A DNA stretch of 64,000 nt, from assembly GCA_947589025.1 (NCBI GenBank), contig CANQAY010000004.1, forward strand, positions 32,430 through 96,429, written 5' to 3'. A program made the translations under genes and the position numbers. Origin of the DNA: an uncultured Clostridia bacterium (lineage in GTDB: Bacteria > Bacillota > Clostridia > Christensenellales > UBA1242). Under the pieces are notes generated by a model. That model searched no databases, was not told the origin of the DNA, and saw only the letters and a program-made list of their open reading frames with translations. This document shows, one piece after another, positions 1 through 10,054 of this stretch; position 1 is the stretch's first letter, and each line of letters starts with the position of its first letter.

Positions 1-103
1 CGTTAGTTATCAAATTCCTTTTGTTGACGATATTATAGAATATAACGAAGACCTTGATGTATTTTTAATTAATCAACAAAAGTTTGAGGATGTTAGAATA
101 TGA
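1..103 (+). CDS. rimM: Ribosome maturation factor RimM, 3' end (partial)
   Basis: Frame from nt 2 reads VSYQIPFVDDIIEYNEDLDVFLINQQKFEDVRI*; IPFV is typical of the RimM C-terminus; ATGA overlap with trmD; rimM-trmD synteny. Confidence 0.7.
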   Translation, partial: VSYQIPFVDDIIEYNEDLDVFLINQQKFEDVRI

Positions 104-774
104 AAATTGATATTTTAACGCTTTTCCCTGAAATGTTTGCTCCCTTAAAAGAGAGCATTATTAAACGCGCGGTGGAAAAGGGCAAAGTTAAAATTAACAT
201 TATTAATATACGCGATTTTGCCACTCCGCCACACTACAAATGTGACGATGAGCCTTTTGGTGGTGGTGCGGGCATGGTTATGATGTGTGAACCGTTGTTT
301 AAAGCGATAGAAAGCGTTAAAAAAACTGGCTCGCAAATTTTTTATATGTCCCCACGCGGCAAAGTGTTTGACCAGCAAACCGCTGTTAAACTCTCTAAAA
401 AAAGGCATTTAATTTTAATTTGCGGGCATTATGAAGGCATTGACCAGCGCGTGCTAGATTATTTTAATGTTCAAGAACTTTCTATTGGTGATTATGTGCT
501 AACGGGCGGAGAACTGCCCGCAATGGTGGTGGCAGACACAATAATAAGGCTTATCCCAGATGTTATAACGGCAGAAAGTACGTTGGAAGAAAGTTTTTCA
601 AATAATCTTTTAGAGTATAACCAATACACCCGCCCAGCAACATTTAGGGGGATGACTGTCCCCGAAGTGCTGTTGAACGGCAACCATAAAAAAATAAAGG
701 AATTTAGGGCAAATGAGGCGCTAGAAATAACCAAACGCAACCGCCCAGACCTTTTAAAAAATAAAATCACTTAA
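100..774 (+). CDS. trmD: tRNA (guanine37-N1)-methyltransferase
   Basis: LTLFPEMF, DDEPFGGGAGMVM, CGHYEGIDQR, SIGDYVLTGGE motifs. Confidence 0.98.
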   Translation: MKIDILTLFPEMFAPLKESIIKRAVEKGKVKINIINIRDFATPPHYKCDDEPFGGGAGMVMMCEPLFKAIESVKKTGSQIFYMSPRGKVFDQQTAVKLSKKRHLILICGHYEGIDQRVLDYFNVQELSIGDYVLTGGELPAMVVADTIIRLIPDVITAESTLEESFSNNLLEYNQYTRPATFRGMTVPEVLLNGNHKKIKEFRANEALEITKRNRPDLLKNKIT

Positions 775-790
775 AAATAGTGGTTTTTTT
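762..790 (+). terminator. Probable intrinsic terminator after trmD
   Basis: AAAATCACT..AGTGGTTTT hairpin followed by a T run. Confidence 0.5.
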
Positions 791-815
791 ATTTAATTTG
801 TGCTATTATTAAACT

Positions 816-1646
816 ATGATAAATTGGTTTCCGGGGCATATGAACAAAACTTTAAAGCAAATGCAGGGCGATAGCAAACTTTGTGATTGCTTTATTTACG
901 TGCTGGATGCTCGCTGCCCAACAAGTTGCATTAACCCGGAATTTTTAAAGGTGGTTAAGGGCAAACCAATAATTTACGTGCTAAATAAGGCAGATTTAGT
1001 TAACACTACTGACATTAACAACTTTAAAGCATATTTTAATAACCTGGGCAGTGAGTGCGTAAGCTTAAATGCAACGGTTAGCGGAAATTCCAAAATTATA
1101 ATAAGCACAATAAACAAAATTTTTAAGGATAGGCTTACTGCCAACGCACAAAAAAATGTAAACTTTATAACCCGCGCCATGGTGCTAGGTGTGCCAAATT
1201 CGGGCAAATCCACAATTGTAAACAATCTTTGCAACAAGGCTAGGGCAGTAACTGGCAACAAGGCGGGGGTCACTCGCAACAAACAGTGGGTAAGGGTTAC
1301 TGAAAATATTGAAATTATGGATACCCCGGGCGTGCTTCTGCCAAACTTTGATGATGAAGAAAAGGCGTACAACCTTGCCATTGTTGGCTCGGTTAAAGAT
1401 GAGGTTTTAAACCTTGTTGAAGTAGCATATAAACTTATTGATAGGTTGAATAAACATGTTTTGTCATCTAAATACAACGTAGATATAGACAATAATACAC
1501 CATATAATGCAGTGTTAGAGAAAATTGGTAAAAAGCGTGGCTGCATTATTAAAGGTGGCGAAATTGATTTGGAGCGCGCGGCAAAAACACTTTTAACTGA
1601 TTTCCGCTCCGGCAAGATTGGCAAAATTTGCTTTGAAAAAATTTAA
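816..1646 (+). CDS. rbgA: Ribosome biogenesis GTPase RbgA/YlqF
   Basis: INWFPGHM, NKAD, GVPNSGKS, DTPG: circularly permuted GTPase. Confidence 0.97.
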   Translation: MINWFPGHMNKTLKQMQGDSKLCDCFIYVLDARCPTSCINPEFLKVVKGKPIIYVLNKADLVNTTDINNFKAYFNNLGSECVSLNATVSGNSKIIISTINKIFKDRLTANAQKNVNFITRAMVLGVPNSGKSTIVNNLCNKARAVTGNKAGVTRNKQWVRVTENIEIMDTPGVLLPNFDDEEKAYNLAIVGSVKDEVLNLVEVAYKLIDRLNKHVLSSKYNVDIDNNTPYNAVLEKIGKKRGCIIKGGEIDLERAAKTLLTDFRSGKIGKICFEKI

Positions 1647-1653
1647 AGGGATT

Positions 1654-2280
1654 ATGATAAACACAAAAGAATTATTTGATTACGATTTATCGTTAATGAG
1701 CAACAACATAAAATTAATTGCTGGCATAGACGAAGTTGGGCGCGGCCCACTTGCAGGGCCGGTTGTTACCGCATGCGTAATTATGAATTATGATGAAATG
1801 ATTGATGGCGTTTTTGATAGCAAACAAGTTACAAAAAAGAATAGGGAACTTTTGTACGACCAAATTTTATCCCACGCAAAGGCGGTTTCAATTAGCATGA
1901 GAGATAATAACCGCATTGATGAAATTAACATTTTGCAAGCCACAATAGAGAGCATGAAAGAGAGTTACAACAACCTTGTAATTAAGCCGGATTTGCTTTT
2001 AATTGACGCCGTTAAACTAAATGTTTGCAAAAATGAAAAATCAATTATAAAAGGCGATGCCACAAGTTACGCCATTGCCTGCGCTTCAATTGTGGCAAAG
2101 GTGTATAGGGATAGATTGATGGCAGACCTTGCCAAAACATACCCGAATTATGATTTTGAAAATAATGTGGGTTATGGCACCCAAAAGCACTATGAGGCAA
2201 TTAAAAAATATGGAATAACGCCCATCCACCGTCTATCATTTTTAAAGAAGTTTAATGAAGAACAAGCAAAAGAGGGTTAA
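1654..2280 (+). CDS. rnhB: Ribonuclease HII
   Basis: GIDEVGRGPLAGPV, DSK, KGDA..SIVAKV, GYGT, HRLSF; start moved to ATG 1654. Confidence 0.97.
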   Translation: MINTKELFDYDLSLMSNNIKLIAGIDEVGRGPLAGPVVTACVIMNYDEMIDGVFDSKQVTKKNRELLYDQILSHAKAVSISMRDNNRIDEINILQATIESMKESYNNLVIKPDLLLIDAVKLNVCKNEKSIIKGDATSYAIACASIVAKVYRDRLMADLAKTYPNYDFENNVGYGTQKHYEAIKKYGITPIHRLSFLKKFNEEQAKEG

Positions 2281-2283
2281 ATT

Positions 2284-2631
2284 ATGGATCATTTGTTATA
2301 CGGCAAGAAGAATGAAGCACTTGCCACAAGTTATTTAAAGAAAAAGGGCTACACTATTATTGCAAACAATTATAAGAACAAAATAGGGGAAATTGACATA
2401 ATTGCCAAATATAACAACACAACTGTTTTTGTGGAGGTTAAGGGCAGAATGTCACGCAAATTTGGCGACCCATTTGAGGCAATAGACTATCGCAAACAAA
2501 ACAAAATACGCATGGTCGCCACAATGTATTTAAAAGAGCACAATTTGATTGATGCCCCGTGCCGATTTGACGCCATTTCTGTTTTGGGCGACACAGATGC
2601 CGAAATTCGCCACATAGAAAACGCCTTTTAA
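2284..2631 (+). CDS. yraN: YraN family (UPF0102) endonuclease
   Basis: GEIDIIA, VFVEVKGR, CRFDAI, HIENAF. Confidence 0.95.
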   Translation: MDHLLYGKKNEALATSYLKKKGYTIIANNYKNKIGEIDIIAKYNNTTVFVEVKGRMSRKFGDPFEAIDYRKQNKIRMVATMYLKEHNLIDAPCRFDAISVLGDTDAEIRHIENAF

Positions 2632-2648
2632 AATTAAAAAGGAAAATT

Positions 2649-2988
2649 ATGAATGCAACAAAAATCAGTTTTAACAAAATTAACAGTAAAGAAGTTCAAA
2701 AAGGTTATGTTATAGACAACTATATAAACGAAAAACACGATTTAGGTTTTTCGTTAGTTCGTTCACATTAAATGGGGAACATCCTTTAATGAAAAATAAA
2801 AATTCAAGCAAAACATAATATATAATTCGTGGATTTGGTTGTTTTTTTGTTAATAGCGAACAAATCGAAGTAAAAGCGAGGATGTCATTATTATTCCTAA
2901 AAACACTAAATACAAGTTTAATGGGAAATTCACTGCAATTTTAATTTCAAGCCCAGCCTTTAACCCAAAAGATGACATTTTTTATTAA
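2649..2988 (+). pseudogene. Cupin-domain protein pseudogene
   Basis: Joining three frames gives MNATKISF...LVRSH / LNGEHPLMKNKNSSKT*YIIRGFGCFFVNSEQIEVK / EDVIIIPKNTKYKFNGKFTAILISSPAFNPKDDIFY; cupin beta-barrel pattern; two frameshifts and one internal stop. Confidence 0.75.
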
Positions 2989-3059
2989 AGTTTATAAAAA
3001 TTTTTCAAAAACACTTGCAAATTGCAAAATTATGTGTTATCATACATAAGTTGATTATT

Positions 3060-3092
3060 GGCGGTCCGCTGTGTTCCAATCATATGAACGTC
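3060..3092 (+). promoter_or_regulatory. L19 leader-like RNA element
   Basis: GGCGGTCCGCTGTG...CATATGAACGTC with CCGCUG core and flanking pairing, directly upstream of the rplS SD. Confidence 0.7.
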
Positions 3093-3108
3093 AAATTAGG
3101 AGGTAGAA

Positions 3109-3450
3109 ATGACTATTATCGACCAAATCGAGAAAGAGCAAGTTAGAACAGACATTACTCCTTTCAATATTGGAGACACTGTGCGTGTTATGTACAAAGT
3201 GAAGGAAGGAGATAAAGAGCGTGTTCAGGCCTATGAAGGCGTTGTAATTGCTAAAAAAGGTGCGGGAGTTAGAGAAAACTTTACCGTTAGGCGCATTTCG
3301 TTTGGCGTTGGTGTGGAAAGGACATTCCCTACAAACAGCCCAAGGATTGAAAAAGTTGTGGTTGTTCGCAAAGGTAAAGTTCGCCGTGCTAAAATTTATT
3401 ACATTCGCAATCTTTCTGGTAAGGCAGCAAAAGTTAAAGAAGTTAGATAA
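3109..3450 (+). CDS. rplS: 50S ribosomal protein L19
   Basis: [40 protein letters not shown]; AGGAGG SD. Confidence 0.99.
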   Translation: MTIIDQIEKEQVRTDITPFNIGDTVRVMYKVKEGDKERVQAYEGVVIAKKGAGVRENFTVRRISFGVGVERTFPTNSPRIEKVVVVRKGKVRRAKIYYIRNLSGKAAKVKEVR

Positions 3451-3473
3451 GGCAGCAATGCCTTTTTTCTTTT
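3449..3473 (+). terminator. Intrinsic terminator after rplS
   Basis: AAGGCA-GCAA-TGCCTT followed by a T run. Confidence 0.8.
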
Positions 3474-3478
3474 AAATT

Positions 3479-3492
3479 CAAACATTTGTTCG
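3479..3492. promoter_or_regulatory. LexA (SOS/Cheo) box upstream of comM
   Basis: CAAACATTTGTTCG, 13/14 match to CGAAC-N4-GTTCG; exact reverse complement of the box at 60671 in the lexA promoter. Confidence 0.7.
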
Positions 3493-3501
3493 ATAATTTA
3501 G

Positions 3502-3530
3502 TTGACACTATTTGCCAAATTTTGTAAAAT
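3502..3530 (+). promoter_or_regulatory. SigA promoter of comM operon (probably leaderless)
   Basis: TTGACA-N17-TAAAAT, ATG 6 nt downstream, no SD. Confidence 0.75.
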
Positions 3531-3536
3531 AAAATC

Positions 3537-5072
3537 ATGTTAGCAAAAATTTTATCTTATGGGTTAACCGGCATAACTGGTTATCCGGTTACAATTGAAT
3601 TAGATATTAACGCGGGTTTGCCCGGCTATGATGTTGTTGGCTTGGCAGATACCGCAATTAAGGAAAGCAAAAGCAGGGTTAAAGCGGCAATTAAAAACAG
3701 CACATTTAACTATCCTATTAACAAAGTTGTTATTAATCTTGCGCCGGCGGACACTAAAAAAGAGGGCAGTATGTACGATTTGCCCATTGCGCTTGGCATT
3801 TTGGTGGCGGAAGAAGTTTTAACCAATGATTCTTTAAAAGACTATGTTGTGCTTGGCGAACTTAGTTTAAATGGTGATGTTAGAAAATTAAATGGCATTT
3901 TGCCAATGCTAATTTCGGCAAAGCAAATGGGCTATAACAAGTTCATTATTCCAAAAGATAACGCCATGGAAGCCGCCTTTATTGATAAAATTGAAGTTTA
4001 TCCGGTTGAAACATTAAAGCAAGTGGTTGGCTTTTTAAAGGGTGAAATTGAAATTAAGCCAAATGACAATAAAACATATGAAAGTGCACTAAAAGAGCAC
4101 AATTTTAAACACGATTTTGCTTATGTTAAAGGTCAGGTTAGTGCAAAACGTGCAATGGAAATTGCAGCAGCAGGCGGCCATAACATAATTTTAATTGGCC
4201 CACCAGGGGCGGGTAAAACCATGCTTGCAAAATGTTTCCCTTCCATTTTGCCCGATTTAACTTTTGAAGAAAGCCTTGAAGTAACCAAAATTCACAGCGT
4301 GGCTGGTGTGTTGGATGCAAAAAAGGGCATAGTGGTAGAGCGCCCATTTAGAAGCCCGCACCACACTGCAACTTTAATTGCCTTAACGGGCGGCGGCTTA
4401 AAAGCAAAGCCGGGTGAAATTAGTTTGGCACACAATGGCGTTCTATTTTTGGACGAATTGCCCGAATATAACCGCAACACCATAGAAACATTGCGCCAAC
4501 CAATGGAAGATGGCTATATTACCGTTGCCAGAAATGCATTAACTGTGCAATATCCTGCCAATTTCATTTTGGTTGCCAGCATGAACCCATGCCCATGCGG
4601 ATATTATGGCAGCACCACGCACGAGTGTAAATGCACGCCAACCGCAATTCATAACTATTTATCTAAAATTTCTGGCCCGTTGCTGGATAGAATTGATTTG
4701 CATATTGAGGTGGATAGCGTTAATTATGAGGAACTTTCTCACTATCAGTTGGAAGAGCCAAGCATCGAAATTAAAAAGCGCGTAAATAAAGCGCGTGAAA
4801 TTCAGCTTAAACGTTTTAAAAACAACAACGGCGTTTATTCTAACAGCAAAATGAACGAAAAAGAATTTAAGCAATATTGCGCACTGGATAAAGAAAGTAG
4901 CAATTTAATTGAAACAGCGTTTAAAAAATTTAACCTTTCCGCGCGTGCTTATAACCGCATTTTAAAGGTGGCACGCACAATTGCCGACCTTGATGGCAAA
5001 GAACACATAGAAAAACAGCATATAATGGAAGCTATACAATATAGAACTTTGGATAAAAAATACACGGTGTAA
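3537..5072 (+). CDS. comM: ComM / YifB-family Mg-chelatase-like AAA+ ATPase
   Basis: INLAPA..KKEG.MYDL, GPPGAGKT, PFRSPHH, GEISLAHNGVLFLDE, SGPLLDRID, SARAY.RILKVARTIAD. Confidence 0.95.
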   Translation: MLAKILSYGLTGITGYPVTIELDINAGLPGYDVVGLADTAIKESKSRVKAAIKNSTFNYPINKVVINLAPADTKKEGSMYDLPIALGILVAEEVLTNDSLKDYVVLGELSLNGDVRKLNGILPMLISAKQMGYNKFIIPKDNAMEAAFIDKIEVYPVETLKQVVGFLKGEIEIKPNDNKTYESALKEHNFKHDFAYVKGQVSAKRAMEIAAAGGHNIILIGPPGAGKTMLAKCFPSILPDLTFEESLEVTKIHSVAGVLDAKKGIVVERPFRSPHHTATLIALTGGGLKAKPGEISLAHNGVLFLDELPEYNRNTIETLRQPMEDGYITVARNALTVQYPANFILVASMNPCPCGYYGSTTHECKCTPTAIHNYLSKISGPLLDRIDLHIEVDSVNYEELSHYQLEEPSIEIKKRVNKAREIQLKRFKNNNGVYSNSKMNEKEFKQYCALDKESSNLIETAFKKFNLSARAYNRILKVARTIADLDGKEHIEKQHIMEAIQYRTLDKKYTV

Positions 5073-5073
5073 C

Positions 5074-6153
5074 ATGACAATTGAAGATAAAAACATAGTT
5101 TGGCTAGATTTATTTCCATTTTTAAGTTATCAAAAGAAAATTAAATTACTTTCCCTTTTTGATGTAAATTTAGATATCAAAAAGGTTTTTCTTTTAAAAC
5201 CTAAGTTTAGAGAGGTGCTTACACAAGAAGAATTTACAAAAATGAGCGCATTGCTAGATGACAATTATTTAAACACCCAAATTCAGCGTTTTGAAAAGGA
5301 TAACATTCAAATAATAACAATATATAATGAAAAATATCCAGCCTTGCTTAAGGAAATTGATAGCCCACCGCTTTGTTTATATTGCAAAGGCAATTTGCAA
5401 CTTTTAAACACAACAGCAATTTCGGTTGTTGGCACAAGAAAACCAACCGATTATGGCACAGTTGTTACAAAACAATTTGTTAAAGAACTTGCTAATTGTG
5501 GGGTAACAATAGTTTCCGGCATGGCAGTTGGCATAGACACAATTGCCCATAAAACCGCCTTAGAAGAAAACGGCAACACTATTGCCGTGCTAGCTGGCGG
5601 GCTAAACCATATTTATCCATCAATAAACATAGGCTTATCTAGAAAAATTGCCGAAAATAACCTGCTTATAACAGAAACAAGCCCCGATATATCTGCACAA
5701 AATTATTATTTCCCTCTTCGCAACCGCATTATTGCTGGCATATCTAAGGGTGTGTTGGTGCCAGAAGCAGGCGAGAAAAGTGGCTCGCTAATAACAATTA
5801 ATTACGCTATTGATTATAATAGAGAAATTTTTGCCGTTCCCGGCAAAATAAATTCGCCAATGTCGGAGGGAGTAAACAAAATTATTAACGACTTTCCGCC
5901 ATCATTCACCATTTCGCCAGAAAAAATATTGGATTTTTTGCAAATAAAAAAGGAAAATTTAAAAAATTCTTCTGTTCAACTTGACTTAAACGAACAAATT
6001 ATATTAAATTATATATCGGCCGATAAACATACATTTCAAGAGATTGCTGACCATACTAAATTGCCAGCAAATCAATTAAACGCAATTTTGCTTGAACTTG
6101 AAATGAATGGGATAGTTACCAAGTTGGCAAATAATAGTTACATTAAAATTTAA
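5074..6153 (+). CDS. dprA: DNA processing protein DprA
   Basis: YP.LLKEIDSPP, VVGTR, IVSGMA.GID, FPLRNRIIAG, KSGSLIT, AVPG; C-terminal winged helix. Confidence 0.96.
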   Translation: MTIEDKNIVWLDLFPFLSYQKKIKLLSLFDVNLDIKKVFLLKPKFREVLTQEEFTKMSALLDDNYLNTQIQRFEKDNIQIITIYNEKYPALLKEIDSPPLCLYCKGNLQLLNTTAISVVGTRKPTDYGTVVTKQFVKELANCGVTIVSGMAVGIDTIAHKTALEENGNTIAVLAGGLNHIYPSINIGLSRKIAENNLLITETSPDISAQNYYFPLRNRIIAGISKGVLVPEAGEKSGSLITINYAIDYNREIFAVPGKINSPMSEGVNKIINDFPPSFTISPEKILDFLQIKKENLKNSSVQLDLNEQIILNYISADKHTFQEIADHTKLPANQLNAILLELEMNGIVTKLANNSYIKI

Positions 6154-6163
6154 GGAAAGTAAA

Positions 6164-8233
6164 ATGAAATTAGTTTTTATTGAAGGACCGGGTAAACAAG
6201 AAACAATTAAAAAATATTTAGGCGCTGAGTATGTTGTTTTTGCAACCAAAGGGCATGTTAGAGATTTGCCCGCTAACAGTTTTGCAATAGATTTAAAAAA
6301 CAATTATGAGCCTAGTTATGAAATTATTCCAAACAAAAAATCAACAGTTGCAGAACTTAAAAAACTGGCGCAAAAGGCGGATGCAATATACCTTGCAAGC
6401 GATCCGGACCGTGAAGGTGAAGCTATCGCTTGGCATCTTTCCACCATTTTAGGGCTAGATAAAGACGCCAAAGTGCGCACAGCATTTAATGAAATTAGCA
6501 AAAAGGCAGTTAATGCTAGCATTGCCAATCCGCAGCCAATTAATTACGATTTAGTTAACGCACAACAGGGCAGGCGCGTGTTAGATAGAATTATGGGTTA
6601 TAAATTAAGCCCGCTTTTATCTAAAAAAATTCACGGCAAACTATCTGCCGGGCGCGTTCAATCGGTTACATTAAAACTTGTTGTGGATAGGGAAAAGGCT
6701 ATAAAAAGTTTCGTTCCGGAAGAATATTGGAACATTTCGGCAGAATTAAGCAAAAATAACAAAAAATTTAAGGCCGACCTTATTCAGTTTAAAGATAAAA
6801 AGTTAGAAATTAAAAATAAAGAGCAAGTTGATGATATATTAAAAGCAATAGAATCAACCGACTATAAAGTTAACCAAGTTAAAAGGCAAATTACTTATTC
6901 AAAACCGCAGCCGCCATATATTACCAGCAGTTTGCAACAAGATGCACTTTCTAAGCTGAAAATGACCCTTGCAAATTTTACAAAAACAGTGCAATCGTTA
7001 TATGAAGGTGTTATTATAAAAGGCGAGGGCAAAACCGCACTTGTCACATATATTCGTACTGATAGCACCCGCGTAAGCACAGATGCACAATTTATGGCAC
7101 GCGATTATATAATAGAACATTTTGGCAAAGATTATCATCCGGGCAAATTTAACGAATATAGCACAAAACAAGGCGCACAAGATGCCCACGAAGCGATAAG
7201 GCCAATAAATTTAAAGTATACGCCAGAATATTTAACCGGCAAAATTGATGATATTTATTTAAAATTATACACACTAATTTTCAACCGCTTTGTTGCAAGT
7301 CAAATGAGTTGGGCACAATATGACAGCTTAACAGTGGATATTGTTGCAAATAACTATAAATTCCGCTCTAATGGCAAGGCACTTATTTTTGAAGGTTACA
7401 CAAAATTGTTAAAGCCGCAAGATGACGATAAAGATGGCATAAATATTCCAGATTTAGTTGAAGGAGAAACTGTAACTAAAAACAAAATAAAAACCGAGCA
7501 AAAATTCACCAAGCCGCCAGTTCGTTTTACCACTGGCACACTAACGCACGAAATGGAAGTGCAGGGCATTGGGCGCCCTTCAACTTATGCAGCCACAATA
7601 ACCACACTGTTTAATAGGGAATATATTAAAACCGAAAGAAATGCGCTTGTTCCAACCGAACTGGGCATTCAAGTAACAGAATATTTAGAAGAATACTTTA
7701 AACAAGCTATGGACATAAAATTTACTGCAGATATGGAAAAGGAACTTGACGATGTTGAACTTGGCAAAGTTAAATGGCAAGATATTGTAGATAGATTTTA
7801 TGTAGATTTTTCCAAGCAGTTGGAATATGCTAGCCAGCAATCGGGCATAAGTTTGCCAAAATCTTCACCAGAGCCAAGCAACATTAAATGCGAAAAATGT
7901 GGAGCAATGATGGTTTATAGAGAGGGTAAATTTGGTAGATTTTTGGCTTGTTCTAATTACCCTAAATGCAAAAACACAAAAAATTTATCTGAAAATCAAA
8001 TAACCGAAACTGGCATCTGCCCAAAATGTGGCGGAGTGGTTAGTGCAAAACACAGCAAACATGGCAAATTGTTTTTCGGGTGCAATAACTATCCTAAATG
8101 TGATTATATTTCTTGGAATTTGCCATTAAACCGAACCTGTCCAAATTGTGGTGCGCCTCTTTATAAAAAATTTGGGGCAAAGCAAACATCAATAATTTGC
8201 GAAACAAAGGGTTGCAACTATGTTGAGCGTTAA
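6164..8233 (+). CDS. topA: DNA topoisomerase I
   Basis: TOPRIM GHVRDL, ASDPDREGE, SAGRVQS, TYIRTDS, QDAHEAIRP, GIGRPSTY, C-terminal C4 zinc ribbons. Confidence 0.98.
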   Translation: MKLVFIEGPGKQETIKKYLGAEYVVFATKGHVRDLPANSFAIDLKNNYEPSYEIIPNKKSTVAELKKLAQKADAIYLASDPDREGEAIAWHLSTILGLDKDAKVRTAFNEISKKAVNASIANPQPINYDLVNAQQGRRVLDRIMGYKLSPLLSKKIHGKLSAGRVQSVTLKLVVDREKAIKSFVPEEYWNISAELSKNNKKFKADLIQFKDKKLEIKNKEQVDDILKAIESTDYKVNQVKRQITYSKPQPPYITSSLQQDALSKLKMTLANFTKTVQSLYEGVIIKGEGKTALVTYIRTDSTRVSTDAQFMARDYIIEHFGKDYHPGKFNEYSTKQGAQDAHEAIRPINLKYTPEYLTGKIDDIYLKLYTLIFNRFVASQMSWAQYDSLTVDIVANNYKFRSNGKALIFEGYTKLLKPQDDDKDGINIPDLVEGETVTKNKIKTEQKFTKPPVRFTTGTLTHEMEVQGIGRPSTYAATITTLFNREYIKTERNALVPTELGIQVTEYLEEYFKQAMDIKFTADMEKELDDVELGKVKWQDIVDRFYVDFSKQLEYASQQSGISLPKSSPEPSNIKCEKCGAMMVYREGKFGRFLACSNYPKCKNTKNLSENQITETGICPKCGGVVSAKHSKHGKLFFGCNNYPKCDYISWNLPLNRTCPNCGAPLYKKFGAKQTSIICETKGCNYVER

Positions 8234-9533
8234 TGTAATTGGGGCAGGCCTTGCCGGAAGCGAATGTGCACTGTATCTTGCAAATCATGGTGTTAAAGTT
8301 AACCTTTATGACATAAAAGGCAAGCAACTTACCCCTGCTCACAACAGCAAAAATTTTGCTGAAATTGTTTGCAGCAACTCATTGAAAAGTGACGATGAAA
8401 ACACTGCATCTGGTGTATTTAAACGCGAACTTACACTGTTGGGGAGCACATTATTAAAAGTGGCATACCAAAATAGCGTGCCTGCTGGCCAAGCTTTAGC
8501 AGTTGATAGAGAAGCGTTTTCTAATGCCATAACAAATTTAATTAAGCAAAACAAAAACATATCTATTTTTTGTGAAGATGTAAATAATTTTAACCCTAAC
8601 GCAATAACGGTTGTTGCCACTGGGCCGTTAACAACGCCCAAAATGTGTGAGGCATTAAAACAAAAAATTGGTGCGGATTTTTTGTATTTTTACGATGCGG
8701 CTTCCCCAATAATTAGTGCGGAAAGCATAGATATGAACATTGCTTTTGCTGGCAGCCGATATAATAAAGGGGATGACGATTATATAAACTGCCCAATGAC
8801 AAAAGACGAATATATTCGCTTTTATAATGAATTAATTAACGCAAAAGTTGTTGAATTGCATAATTTTGAAAAGAAAAATGTGTTTGAAAGTTGCATGCCT
8901 ATAGAAATTTTGGCTCATCGTGGTACGGACGCTATTCGTTTTGGCCCGTTAAAACCTGTTGGTTTAACAAATCCGCATAAAAATATTAAGCCATATGCCG
9001 TAGTTCAGTTGAGAAAAGAAAATAAATGTGCTACAATGTATAATATGGTTGGGTTTCAAACAAACCTAACTTTTGGCGAACAAAAACGGGTGTTTAGGCT
9101 TATTCCGGGGCTTAATAATGCTGAATTTTTGCGCTACGGCGTTATGCACACCAACAATTTTATTAATTTTCCTAATTGCCTAGATAGATTTTCTCGCCTT
9201 AAAATGGATAGCAACATTTTTATTGCCGGCCAGCTTAGTGGGGTTGAAGGCTATGTTGAAAGCATTGCAAGTGGGCTTTATTGTGCAATTAATGTGCTGC
9301 GAATGTTAAGGCATAAAAGTTTAATATCCTTTTCTGCGGATACAATTATTGGTGGGATTTACAACTATTTATCAAACGCCGATGTTAACAATGTTCAGCC
9401 TATAAACGCCAATTTTGGCTTGCTTAACCCTATTGAAGAAAAGGATAAGCAAAAAAGATACGAAAAATTTCGCATCCGCTCGCTAGAGAGCATAAAAAAT
9501 ACGTTAAAGGAGATTGACAATGGAACAATTTAA
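8220..9533 (+). CDS. trmFO: Folate/FAD-dependent tRNA m5U54 methyltransferase TrmFO
   Basis: GAGLAGSE, AEIVCSNS, FYDAASP, FGPLKPVGL, VGFQTNL, AGQLSGVEGYVES. Confidence 0.96.
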   Translation: MLSVNVIGAGLAGSECALYLANHGVKVNLYDIKGKQLTPAHNSKNFAEIVCSNSLKSDDENTASGVFKRELTLLGSTLLKVAYQNSVPAGQALAVDREAFSNAITNLIKQNKNISIFCEDVNNFNPNAITVVATGPLTTPKMCEALKQKIGADFLYFYDAASPIISAESIDMNIAFAGSRYNKGDDDYINCPMTKDEYIRFYNELINAKVVELHNFEKKNVFESCMPIEILAHRGTDAIRFGPLKPVGLTNPHKNIKPYAVVQLRKENKCATMYNMVGFQTNLTFGEQKRVFRLIPGLNNAEFLRYGVMHTNNFINFPNCLDRFSRLKMDSNIFIAGQLSGVEGYVESIASGLYCAINVLRMLRHKSLISFSADTIIGGIYNYLSNADVNNVQPINANFGLLNPIEEKDKQKRYEKFRIRSLESIKNTLKEIDNGTI

Positions 9534-10053
9534 AGGAACAACTATTGTTGCCGTTAAACGCGATGGCAAAACCGTTATTGCGGGTGACGGACAAGTTACA
9601 ATGGGTGAAAGCGTTATTTTTAAAAGCAGTGCACACAAAGTGCGCAGGCTTTTTGATGATAAAGTTGTGGTTGGCTTTGCAGGGGGCACTGCCGACGCAT
9701 TTGCAATGTGTGAAGAATTTGAAAAAATGCTTAACAAATATAGTGGCAGTTTAATGCGCAGCGCGGTGGAATATGCTAAAAGCATACGTTCTCAGGGGCA
9801 TAATAACGCACAGGCGCTTATGATTGTTGCAGATAAAAGCACATTGCTTATTTTAACCTGCATGGGCGATGTTATTGAGCCTGACGATGGCATTTGTGCA
9901 ATTGGCAGCGGTGGCAATTACGCTTTGGCTGCTGCAAAAGCACTTATAAAAAACACCAAATTGTCGGCTAAAGAAATTGCAATTAAATCTATGGAAATTG
10001 CAAGTGATATTTGCGTGTTTACAAACAGCAATTTTGTTGTGGAGGAAGTGTAA
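9520..10053 (+). CDS. hslV: ATP-dependent protease subunit HslV
   Basis: GTTIVAV, AGDGQVT, GFAG.TADA, AIGSGG, ICVFTN; AAGGAG SD before ATG 9520. Confidence 0.96.
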   Translation: MEQFKGTTIVAVKRDGKTVIAGDGQVTMGESVIFKSSAHKVRRLFDDKVVVGFAGGTADAFAMCEEFEKMLNKYSGSLMRSAVEYAKSIRSQGHNNAQALMIVADKSTLLILTCMGDVIEPDDGICAIGSGGNYALAAAKALIKNTKLSAKEIAIKSMEIASDICVFTNSNFVVEEV

Positions 10054-10054
10054 T

